A stretch of DNA of 64,000 bases, taken from Candidatus Micrarchaeota archaeon (GTDB taxonomy: Archaea; Micrarchaeota; Micrarchaeia; Anstonellales; Bilamarchaeaceae). Both the position numbers and the translations under genes were made by a program. A model generated the notes under the pieces. That model ran no database searches. It saw only the letters and a list, made by a program, of their open reading frames with translations, and was not told the origin of the DNA. The stretch spans positions 2,814 through 66,813 of the forward strand of contig JAGVWJ010000005.1 in the NCBI GenBank assembly GCA_018304385.1, given 5' to 3'. This document shows positions 52,742-61,517 of this stretch, piece by piece; positions within the stretch are counted from its first letter, which is position 1; each line of letters opens with the position of its first letter.

Positions 52742-53448
52742 TTAACATCACTTTTTTCTGGCCATAGTTGTTTGCCTTTGTGATAAATTTTAATATCAGA
52801 TTTAGGGTTACGATGTAGGAAAAGTTTTGAAAAACGGGGTTTGTCTCCATTAACATGTAATGTTCCTCCTCGCATGCTCATGGCAACCCAACTACCAGCA
52901 CTGCCTTCCACTATTACCGTTCCACCGTCCATATTCCATCCCAAATATGCACCGCAATCTCCTTTTACTAATATCCTGCCTTGAGTCATGTGGTCGCCAA
53001 TCCTTATTCCAGCATCACCGTTTATAGTTACGTTCTTGATATTCCCGTACACAGGCGTATTTATCCTTACTGAAAGATGATGCGTATGTATTGTAATTTC
53101 TCTATCTTCACAATTATTGATTAATTGGCTGAGAAAATACCCTGCCTTCCATTCAAAACCCTTTTCATGTTGAAATAATATAAGACTAAGGCTGAACTTC
53201 TCAATATCTTTTGCAGTATATGAAATACCTCTCAATAAGTATCGTGCCTTTGCACGCGCTTTCCCTTCTTGTAAACCTGGTCTAAATTTTTTCCATGCAT
53301 CTGTTATTTGTTTTAGTGTTTGGTCTTCTTCGACTTTAACTTGTCTGACAGGTTGGCGCTCTTCTTTTTTATATCTCCTGAAATAGTCAGCAGCAGCTAA
53401 TCGTTCATGTCCTTTTGGTGTTCCTCTTCGTTGTCGCATTTTTATCAC
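52738..53448 (-). CDS. N-module + short GXGXG beta-helix repeat protein (paralog 1)
   Basis: 236 aa. N-motif ADYFRRYKKEERQPVR, repeats VTINGDAGIRIGDHMTQGRILVKGDCGAYLGWNMDGGTVIVEGSAGSWVAMSMRGGTLHVNGD, tail YHKGKQLWP. Confidence 0.7.
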   Translation of the reverse strand: MIKMRQRRGTPKGHERLAAADYFRRYKKEERQPVRQVKVEEDQTLKQITDAWKKFRPGLQEGKARAKARYLLRGISYTAKDIEKFSLSLILFQHEKGFEWKAGYFLSQLINNCEDREITIHTHHLSVRINTPVYGNIKNVTINGDAGIRIGDHMTQGRILVKGDCGAYLGWNMDGGTVIVEGSAGSWVAMSMRGGTLHVNGDKPRFSKLFLHRNPKSDIKIYHKGKQLWPEKSDVK

Positions 53449-53548
53449 ATAAACTATGGTAAAAAGTGTTTAAAAAGGCATTGTTTTTAATGACAAACAC
53501 GGTCGTGCTAAATTTAAATAATATACTGGCGAATATCTCTTGATTATT

Positions 53549-54799
53549 ATGAAAATCAAATCTATCTTTGCTAGAGAAATCCTAGATTCTCGAGGAACCC
53601 CAACCGTAGAAGTAGATGTAACAATCGAGACACAAGACTCGAAACCGGAGACTGCTCGCGGCGCGGCGCCTAGTGGTGCTAGCACTGGTGCATATGAAGC
53701 AATGGAGTTGCGCGATGGTGAGAAACGCTATTTAGGAAAAGGCGTACAAAACGCAGTTGAAAACGTAAATAAAAAAATAGCAAAAGCACTTGTTGGTAAA
53801 AATTTAAAAGATCAGAAAGATGCAGACGAACGCATGCTAAAACTAGATGGTACGGAAAACAAATCAAAGCTAGGCGCAAACGCGATTGTTGCAACTTCAA
53901 TGGCAATTGCTAGGGCATTTGCAAAAGAACAAGGAAAAGAATATTTCGAATTTTTAGGCGGAAAAAAACTTCCGCAGCCTATGTTTAATATCTTAAATGG
54001 AGGAAAGCACGCTGGCGGAAAGTTAGCAATACAAGAATTTATGATAATACCAAAAGGCAAGACTTTCTCAGAAACGCTACAAATGGCGAGCGAGATTTAC
54101 CATATTCTTGGAAAGCAGCTTAGCGAAAAATATGGCGCAAGCGCTCGCAATGTAGGTGATGAAGGTGGTTTCGCTCCGCCAATGGATAAATGCGAAGATG
54201 CAATCATTGCGATAGTTAAGGCAATAGAAGAAGCTGGATATACGAAAGAAACAAAACTCGCATTTGACATCGCAGCTAGCTCTTTCTATGATGGAGTAAA
54301 GAAAACATATGCACTAGATGAAGAAGAGATAAGTAAAGACATGTTAATGGACTATTATATTGATCTAGTAGAACGCTATCCTACAATAGCAAGCATAGAA
54401 GATCCATTTCAAGAAGATGATTTCAATTCTTTTTCCACATTAACGAACGAACTCGAACCTAAAGTTATGATAGTTGGGGACGATTTACTAGTTACAAACC
54501 CAAAGCGCATTCAAAATGCGCTCAAGACAAAGGCATGTAATGCACTATTGCTTAAAGTAAATCAGATTGGCACAGTTAGCGAGGCGATTGATGCAGCTAA
54601 GCTTTGTAGAAAAAATAACTGGAAAATAGCAGTAAGCCATCGCTCTGGAGAAACAGAAGACACATTCATAGCTGATTTGGCAGTTGGAATAAATGCAGAA
54701 TTCATAAAAACAGGTTCGCTTGCACGAAGCGAAAGAACAGCAAAGTATAATCAATTGCTAAGAATAGAAGAAAAATTAACAGATAACTATGACCATTAA
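53549..54799 (+). CDS. eno: enolase
   Basis: MKIKSIFAREILDSRGTPTVEVDV..., LLLKVNQIGTVSE, SHRSGETED. ATG at 53549. Confidence 0.95.
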   Translation: MKIKSIFAREILDSRGTPTVEVDVTIETQDSKPETARGAAPSGASTGAYEAMELRDGEKRYLGKGVQNAVENVNKKIAKALVGKNLKDQKDADERMLKLDGTENKSKLGANAIVATSMAIARAFAKEQGKEYFEFLGGKKLPQPMFNILNGGKHAGGKLAIQEFMIIPKGKTFSETLQMASEIYHILGKQLSEKYGASARNVGDEGGFAPPMDKCEDAIIAIVKAIEEAGYTKETKLAFDIAASSFYDGVKKTYALDEEEISKDMLMDYYIDLVERYPTIASIEDPFQEDDFNSFSTLTNELEPKVMIVGDDLLVTNPKRIQNALKTKACNALLLKVNQIGTVSEAIDAAKLCRKNNWKIAVSHRSGETEDTFIADLAVGINAEFIKTGSLARSERTAKYNQLLRIEEKLTDNYDH

Positions 54800-55190
54800 A
54801 CTAGGTCTGATGAAAGTTTTTATAAGCCTAATAAATACCATCGGCTCAATATTAGTGCTGCTTGGGTTTTTTATCTTTCTAAATGCTGAAGAAACGACAT
54901 TATTAATTATTGGGTTATTTTTAATTATCATCACAGAGGCAGCAAGCATAAATATGCTTAATTATGAGGAGAAGAGAAAACTAGAAAACACAAAAGATGA
55001 GTTTCTAAAGAACATAGGCATGATATTTGCATGGCCCGTATTATTATTCATCTTATACATGATGTCGCCAAACAAAGCAGTACTATCTTTTACATTCATA
55101 ATGACTATAACAGCAGCTATAAAAGCCATTTCGTTAATAATAAAAGTATATCTGATTGATAAAAGAATAGTAATTGGAAGGCAGGAATAA
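54789..55190 (+). CDS. small membrane protein
   Basis: 133-aa ORF with four hydrophobic helices. Overlaps the eno stop by 11 nt. Confidence 0.45.
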   Translation: MTIKLGLMKVFISLINTIGSILVLLGFFIFLNAEETTLLIIGLFLIIITEAASINMLNYEEKRKLENTKDEFLKNIGMIFAWPVLLFILYMMSPNKAVLSFTFIMTITAAIKAISLIIKVYLIDKRIVIGRQE

Positions 55191-55191
55191 A

Positions 55192-58100
55192 ATGGTTGAC
55201 TCTAAAAAATCAAGTTCAGTAGATGCAAAAACTTACTATCAGCTAGGCAATGATTTCTACGAGAAAGCAGATTATGAGAAGGCTATTGAAAATTATAATA
55301 TGGCAATACTGCTAAACCCAATATTTTCAGAGGCATATTTTAATCGGGCTTTATGCTACTACCAACTAAAGAACTTTGATAAATCTATAGTTGATTACTC
55401 AAAGGCTGCAGAACTAGATCCTCCAAACTCAATTATATATAATAACCGAGGCGACGCCTATTATAGAAAGCAGGATTTTAAAGAAGCAGTAAAGGATTAT
55501 GATAAGGCCATTCAACTTAACCCTAATTATCTAAAGGCATTTTATAACCGCGGGTTATCTTATGCTAGCCTAGAAGAATATGAAAAAGCAATAGAGGATT
55601 TTAGCAAAGTAATCCAACTTAAAGAAGATTTTGCAGAGGCATATCACTTACGCGGATTATGCTTTGAATATGCAAATAATCTAAGTACTGCGATAGAGGA
55701 TTATGAAAAGGCACTAAAGCTTAATCCAGATTTAACAGAGGCAAAGCAGCATTTAGAGGGGGCAAAAGCAAAGCAAGCGCAGGAAGGAACAAAAGAGGGA
55801 GAAGGCAAGGCAGGCAGTGATATAAAAATGCTCCAAAAACCCAATATGAGTTTTGAAGATGTAGCTGGCATGATTAAAATGAAAGAAGAAATCAGAGATA
55901 CCATAGTTTATCCAATGATTAATCCAGAGCTTGCAAAACATTATGGGAAGCTAGGTGGGGGCGGCATATTGATGTATGGGCCGCCGGGATGCGGTAAGTG
56001 TGTTTCTGGTGATACCCCGGTACTTTTAAGCAATGGCGACCTTAAGCCTATCAGTGCCTTATACGAAGAAGCAAAATGCAATAGTAATGAGAAACGAATT
56101 AATGAAAATGAAACAATTGTTGAAAATCCTGATTTGGAAGTACTTTCATTTAATAGAAAAACGGCAAAAATGGAAAGGAAAAGGATTAACTTTGTTTATA
56201 AACAGAGATATAAAGGAAAATTATATGAGATTGTCACGCATTCCGGAAGAAGAATCGAGGTAACACCGGAGCATCCGTTTATTTCGATCAATAATGGCAT
56301 AGAAAAAATAAAGGCTGACCTTTTAAGAAAAGGCACTTATATCGCAATACCACGCGAAATTTCTACTATTCCAAATCAATTAGATAAAAAAATCCAAAAA
56401 CTCGAACAATTCAATAATATTTCAACTCCAACCGGAGATATGTTAAGATATATATCATATAGACATCCGCATACCAGAGCAATTCATCCAATATATGAAG
56501 TAAACCAAGAGCTTGCCAATTTTTTTGGAATGGTTTTATCAGAAGGATCGGCGATTCATGGTACTTTGTTTTTCTCTAATTCAGATCATGAGCTTATTGA
56601 TTGCGTGGCAAACACCTCTAAAAATATGTTTGGAATAACACCGCGAATAAATCCTGATACTTCAGAGGGTGTTTATAAAGTTGAGATAGGTTCTGTTGGA
56701 TTAATAAAATTCTTGGAGCTCGCTCATGGATTTAAAATGCAGGGATCAAGAAACACAAAAATTCCAAAATCTATAATGGAATCAGATGAAGAAATAGCTG
56801 GCGCTTTCCTAAGAGCAGTATTTGAATGTGAAAGTAATATACGAACAGATGTTCCTGAGATAGAATTTACAACTGCAAGTAAAGAATTTGCTAATGGAAT
56901 TTCTTATTTACTTTTAAGATTTGGAATAGTGGCTAGAATAAAACCAAAGATAATAAAAGGAAACGATCATATTTATTGGAGACTTTATATAAGTAGTCAT
57001 ACTAATCTTACATGCTTTGAAAGAGAGATAGGACTAATTAGTGAAAGAAAAAGAAAGGCATTAGAAAAATGGACAAAAAGAAACATAACCGGCTCTACTA
57101 ACGTAGATGTAATTCCGAACATAAGCGCATTATTAAAACGAGCCAGGGAATCACTTGGGCTCAGTAAAGAAAGATTCTATCAATCTAAAAATGGTTATAG
57201 GTATGAACTTTCAAAAAATATAAGTAGAGACTACCTTAAAAGAATAATGACTGGCAAGGAAAAAACAGAGGAAGTAAAAAAATTGAGTATTATCGTTGAG
57301 AGCGATGTCTTATGGGATGAGGTAATTGAAGTCAATGTTCAAGAGGTAAATTGCAACGTATATGATTTAACAGTAGAAGACAACCACACATTTATAGCTG
57401 GATTTGGCGGGATGGTAGTCCATAATACTTACATAGTGAAGGCTGCTGCTGGCGAATGTAAGGCTGGTTTCATAAACGCAAAATTAAGCGATTTATTAGA
57501 TATGTACGTAGGTAACACAGAGAAAAATATACATAAGGTTTTTGAACTAGCTAGAAAAAATTCACCGTGCATATTATTCTTTGATGAAGTAGATGCTATT
57601 GGCGGAAGACGTGACCAAGGAGAGGGTGCGCAGTACATGAAAATGGCGGTAAACCAAATGCTTTACGAGATGGATGGTATAGAAGCGCATAACGAAAATG
57701 TATTAGTTATCGCTGCTACTAACGCACCATGGGATGTTGATCCTGCATTAAGAAGAAGCGGTAGATTTAGCAAGGCTATATATATCTCAGAACCAGACAC
57801 TACATCAAGAGAGGCAATAATAAAATTACATGCTAAAAAGAGGCCAATGGCAAAAGGAATTCCGTTTAAGTTACTAGCCTGGGCAACATATGGGTATGCA
57901 TCTTCAGATTTAAAGGCACTGGTTATGGAATCTACGGATATCCCATGGAAAGAGGCATACCTATCAATACAAGCAAAATCCCAACAATATATAAAACAAG
58001 GAATAGCCCAGGAAGAGGCAGATCAAAGAGCAAAAACAGAGATACAGCCAAGGCCTGTTACAACCAGAGATTTCCTAAATGCGTTAGGTAAAAGAGATTC

Positions 58101-58341
58101 AAGCTTGCCTCCTTGGTACGGCCAAGCAAAGAAACAAATAGGTAAACAAGAAGAGATAACAATGATAGATGGAAAAGAGCACAAAAAAGTCGGTGAACCA
58201 AAGATGGGTCCAGAAGAAAGACAGCAGTTTAAGGCATTGCTAGGACAGATAGAAAAACGAAACAAATCTTGGTATAAACTGTATATAAAAATGATAAGAG
58301 TATTTGCAATTGGATTATTACATTTAAAATCTATATTTTGA
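55192..58341 (+). CDS. TPR-repeat AAA+ ATPase, intein-containing
   Basis: About 5 TPR units (AYFNRALCYYQLKNFDKSIVDYSKAAELDP...). AAA+ core split at the Walker A: YGPPGCGK|C...HN|TYIVKAAA. Walker B ILFFDEVD. Arg-finger region PALRRSGRF. ATG at 55192; the track start at 55174 is TTG. Confidence 0.85.
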   Translation: MVDSKKSSSVDAKTYYQLGNDFYEKADYEKAIENYNMAILLNPIFSEAYFNRALCYYQLKNFDKSIVDYSKAAELDPPNSIIYNNRGDAYYRKQDFKEAVKDYDKAIQLNPNYLKAFYNRGLSYASLEEYEKAIEDFSKVIQLKEDFAEAYHLRGLCFEYANNLSTAIEDYEKALKLNPDLTEAKQHLEGAKAKQAQEGTKEGEGKAGSDIKMLQKPNMSFEDVAGMIKMKEEIRDTIVYPMINPELAKHYGKLGGGGILMYGPPGCGKCVSGDTPVLLSNGDLKPISALYEEAKCNSNEKRINENETIVENPDLEVLSFNRKTAKMERKRINFVYKQRYKGKLYEIVTHSGRRIEVTPEHPFISINNGIEKIKADLLRKGTYIAIPREISTIPNQLDKKIQKLEQFNNISTPTGDMLRYISYRHPHTRAIHPIYEVNQELANFFGMVLSEGSAIHGTLFFSNSDHELIDCVANTSKNMFGITPRINPDTSEGVYKVEIGSVGLIKFLELAHGFKMQGSRNTKIPKSIMESDEEIAGAFLRAVFECESNIRTDVPEIEFTTASKEFANGISYLLLRFGIVARIKPKIIKGNDHIYWRLYISSHTNLTCFEREIGLISERKRKALEKWTKRNITGSTNVDVIPNISALLKRARESLGLSKERFYQSKNGYRYELSKNISRDYLKRIMTGKEKTEEVKKLSIIVESDVLWDEVIEVNVQEVNCNVYDLTVEDNHTFIAGFGGMVVHNTYIVKAAAGECKAGFINAKLSDLLDMYVGNTEKNIHKVFELARKNSPCILFFDEVDAIGGRRDQGEGAQYMKMAVNQMLYEMDGIEAHNENVLVIAATNAPWDVDPALRRSGRFSKAIYISEPDTTSREAIIKLHAKKRPMAKGIPFKLLAWATYGYASSDLKALVMESTDIPWKEAYLSIQAKSQQYIKQGIAQEEADQRAKTEIQPRPVTTRDFLNALGKRDSSLPPWYGQAKKQIGKQEEITMIDGKEHKKVGEPKMGPEERQQFKALLGQIEKRNKSWYKLYIKMIRVFAIGLLHLKSIF
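55999..57426 (+). mobile_element. intein (476 aa) with LAGLIDADG homing-endonuclease domain, inserted in the P-loop
   Basis: Cys1 block A CVSGDTPVLL, block B VTPEHPF, LAGLIDADG-like motifs FFGMVLSEGS and AGAFLRAVFECES, block F VYDLTVEDNHTFIAG, terminal VVHN followed by Thr+1. Excision restores GPPGCGKT. Confidence 0.9.
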
Positions 58342-58346
58342 TATAA

Positions 58347-59876
58347 TTAACCGAACATCCCACCATCTGATATCTTTCCTGTTTTTTTACCATACATGTT
58401 CTGCATTCTTGCTAAATCATCATATAATTCTGGATAAAGCTCCCTTAACTCCGCTCCCATAATCATTCTACCAAGAGAGGTAAACCACTCTGTTAAATCA
58501 GATCGCTCTTTCCTTATTGCCTCGTCTATCAAATTATTTGTCACTGGTGCTTCCTTACCTGATTTTAAAGATTGCGTATATGCAGCCTCTGCTGCAGCCT
58601 CACAAACTGCTTGAACGTCTGCGCAGGAGAAATGCCAAGTCTGCTTTGAAAACTTTTTATGATTTAGATTTTTTTCAACTGGAATATCCTTTAGATACAT
58701 CTTAAAGAGCGCTTCGCGCGATGCGCCATCTGGGGGGCTTACATAAATCAATTTTCCAAACCTACCGCTTCGTTTAAGTGCATCATCTATAAACCAAGGC
58801 GCATTTGTCGCACCTAAAACAAGAACGTTTTCATTTTTCTTATCAATCTGATCAATCTCAATAAGTAATTGCGCAATCATGGATCTCTCCCATGAATGCT
58901 CTGCCTCAGCCCTACGCCATCCTAGCCCATCTAATTCATCTAAAAATAATATACATGGCGCGTTTTTCCTTGCAGTTTCAAATGCTGCATGTATATTCTT
59001 CTCGCTATTACCAATCCATTTATCAAGAATATCGCTTACTTTTATATTTATTATATTTAGTTTTGTCTCTCCAGCTAAAGCCATAGTAATCGAGGTTTTT
59101 CCACAACCTGGAGGACCATATAATATTATTCCGCCGCCAATTTTTTTCTTATATTTCTTAGCCAATTCTGGATTCTTCAGTGGCTCGATAATAGAGAATT
59201 TCAAACGCTCTTTTAACTCGTCCATGCCAGCAACGCTTGCGAAATTAGTTTCTGGAATCTCTGGCTTGAATGATTCTGAGGTTTGAGCTCCTCTATTAAC
59301 TGCTTGCGCACCCCCTAAATTATCTAACGCCTTTTTTGCTTCTCTTAGAAGAGGGTCGAGTTCGAGCGCTTTTTTATAGTCTGCCTTTGCCTCTTCTATT
59401 TGGCCCATTTGTTGATATACTAAACCCCGTAGGTCATACGCCTTTGCATACTTAGGATTAAATTCTAATGCATTATTAAGATCATTTAATGCGCAATCAG
59501 CATTTAATTTATAATAATAGTGCAATACTGCCCTACCGTAATAAGCACGCCAAAATTTAGGATAGAGAACTATAGAAGCATTATAATGTGCAAATGCATT
59601 TCCATATTCTTTTTTTTCATAGTAAACCAGACCCAAATCACAATGTACAGTTGCATGTTTTGGATTTATTTCGAGCGTTCTTATATAATCTAATAGGGCT
59701 AGATCAAACTCTGATTTATAATAATGCGAAACCCCCCTACGATAATGTGAATCTGCATTCTTTGGATCAAGCTTAATTGCCTCACTGAAATATCTTATCG
59801 CATTATCGTAATCGCTGCTCTTATAATAGCGCTCGGCCTCAGATAAAACCTCTTTTATATTATTTTTATTTGGCAT
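58347..59876 (-). CDS. TPR-repeat AAA+ ATPase, intein-free paralog
   Basis: TPR units, then YGPPGCGKTSITMALAGE, Walker B ILFLDELD, and ALKRSGRF. Convergent with its paralog; the stop codons are 5 nt apart. Confidence 0.85.
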   Translation of the reverse strand: MPNKNNIKEVLSEAERYYKSSDYDNAIRYFSEAIKLDPKNADSHYRRGVSHYYKSEFDLALLDYIRTLEINPKHATVHCDLGLVYYEKKEYGNAFAHYNASIVLYPKFWRAYYGRAVLHYYYKLNADCALNDLNNALEFNPKYAKAYDLRGLVYQQMGQIEEAKADYKKALELDPLLREAKKALDNLGGAQAVNRGAQTSESFKPEIPETNFASVAGMDELKERLKFSIIEPLKNPELAKKYKKKIGGGIILYGPPGCGKTSITMALAGETKLNIINIKVSDILDKWIGNSEKNIHAAFETARKNAPCILFLDELDGLGWRRAEAEHSWERSMIAQLLIEIDQIDKKNENVLVLGATNAPWFIDDALKRSGRFGKLIYVSPPDGASREALFKMYLKDIPVEKNLNHKKFSKQTWHFSCADVQAVCEAAAEAAYTQSLKSGKEAPVTNNLIDEAIRKERSDLTEWFTSLGRMIMGAELRELYPELYDDLARMQNMYGKKTGKISDGGMFG

Positions 59877-59922
59877 ACTTTATCACGCTATAATTTAAAT
59901 AAATACTAGATTAAATAACATT

Positions 59923-61074
59923 ATGCAAATAAATGGAAGGATGTTTTTAAAAAACCAGATAGTTGAAAAGGGCATTGTAATTGAAGATGGGATAATTAAA
60001 AAAATTGCAAATATTGCGCAGAGCGAGCAAGAGAAACAGGATCAAGTAATTAATGCGATTAACATGTTAATTCTGCCCGGCTTAGTTGACGTGCACGTCC
60101 ATATGCGCGAACCTGGTGATACCTATAAAGAGGATTTTCTTACTGGAAGTAAGGCAGCAATTGCTGGAGGCATAACAACAGTTATAGATATGCCAAATAA
60201 CAAGGTACCAACAGTAACTGCAGCACGCTTAGAAGAAAAGAAAAAGCTTGTAAAAAAAGCAATCTGTGATATTTTTTTTCATATGGGTACTACTTAGCAT
60301 AACTTTAATTAAATAAAAAAGGCAGATCCGATTTCATTAAAAATATACGCAAGCGAGACAACTGGAAATATGAAAATAAATGATGAGAATATAATTAAGA
60401 AACATTTTGAAAACTTTGATAAAAATAAACCAATAGTTATTCATGCAGAAGGACAACAATTAATAGAGAAAATCGCTGCACTTGCAAAGAAAACAAAAAG
60501 AAAAATACATCTTGCGCATGCAACAACTGCAAAAGAAATAGAAACTATTAAGGCAATTGGCGCAAGTGTGGAAGTAACACCACATCATTTATTCTTATCA
60601 AAAAAGCATGAGGAAAAACTAGGTAAGCTTGCTCCAGTAAAACCACCTTTGCGTGATGAAACTAGCAGAAAATCGCTTTGGCAAAATTTAGATAAAATAG
60701 ATTGCATAGCAACAGATCATGCACCGCATAGCCTAGAAGATAAAGAAAATGGTGCATATGGCTATCCTGGACTGGAAACTAGCTTAGCATTAATGCTAGA
60801 TGCTTACAACAAAAGACTGCTTACGCTAAGCTGGATTGTAGAAAGAATGGCAACAAACCCTGCAAGAGTATTTGGACTAAATTGTGGCGAGATCGCAACA
60901 GGTAAGAAAGCAGACTTGATTATTGTTGATGTTAAGGGAGAGTGGCGCGTTAACGGTGAAGAACTAGAAACAAAATGCAAATGGTCGCCATTTGATGGCC
61001 AAATGCTTAAGGGAAGGGTAAAAACTGTAATTAGAAATGGAAAGGTAGTTTACGAGAACGAGGAATTTTATTAA
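59923..61074 (+). pseudogene. pyrC: dihydroorotase interrupted by two in-frame stop codons
   Basis: N-part LPGLVDVHVHMREPG...TTVIDMPN and C-part ...IVIHAEG...ATDHAPH are in the same frame. TAG at 60295 and TAA at 60310 interrupt it (FHMGTT*HNFN*IKKADPISLKIY). Confidence 0.75.
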
Positions 61075-61517
61075 TTCTTAACACTAACTTTCTGTCCGTC
61101 ATAAGAAATATTAAATCTTTTCAAGCCTTGTAATGGTTTATCTATTGTTAATTCATCAACTGGAAAGCGCACAACATTGACAAAATCAGTTTCTCCGCTT
61201 TGAGTAGAGGCTTTAACAATTACTTCACCACCACGGCCAAGGTTTTTCAACTTTACAGATTTCACATTTCCAGGAATAAATACTTCAACTATCAGAGAAG
61301 ACCCCTCTCCTAGATTTCCAATCGCATTTATTAGACTGGCGATTCGACCTGATGCAAGTTCTGCTTGCACCTGCGCTAGCTGCTCATTTGCTTCGTTTGT
61401 TTTAAAATAAACATGCAAAAGTAGGGGGATAAAAAGAGCTAATATAGCGGCAATCATAACCATTAACTCAATACTTACCTGCGCCCTACTGCTTTTGTAT
61501 CCCATACTATTCCTCAA
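61071..61517 (-). CDS. class III signal-peptide (archaeal type IV pilin-like) protein
   Basis: MRNSMGYKSSRA|QVSIELMVMIAAILALFIPLLL: a basic leader, Q+1, E+5 and a hydrophobic helix. Overlaps the upstream CBS gene by 11 nt. Confidence 0.65.
   Translation of the reverse strand: MRNSMGYKSSRAQVSIELMVMIAAILALFIPLLLHVYFKTNEANEQLAQVQAELASGRIASLINAIGNLGEGSSLIVEVFIPGNVKSVKLKNLGRGGEVIVKASTQSGETDFVNVVRFPVDELTIDKPLQGLKRFNISYDGQKVSVKN

Noticed and set aside
53470-53685. 71-aa minus-strand ORF at the enolase 5' end
   Set aside because: It is antisense to the highly conserved enolase N-terminus and is a shadow ORF.
60295-60312. Stop-codon recoding or an alternative genetic code as the explanation for the TAG and TAA inside pyrC
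   Set aside because: TAA, TAG and TGA all terminate well-supported genes in this window at positions consistent with full-length homologues (e.g. TAG at 22800, TAA at 41477, TGA at 35113). A pseudogene, split gene or sequencing error is more parsimonious.
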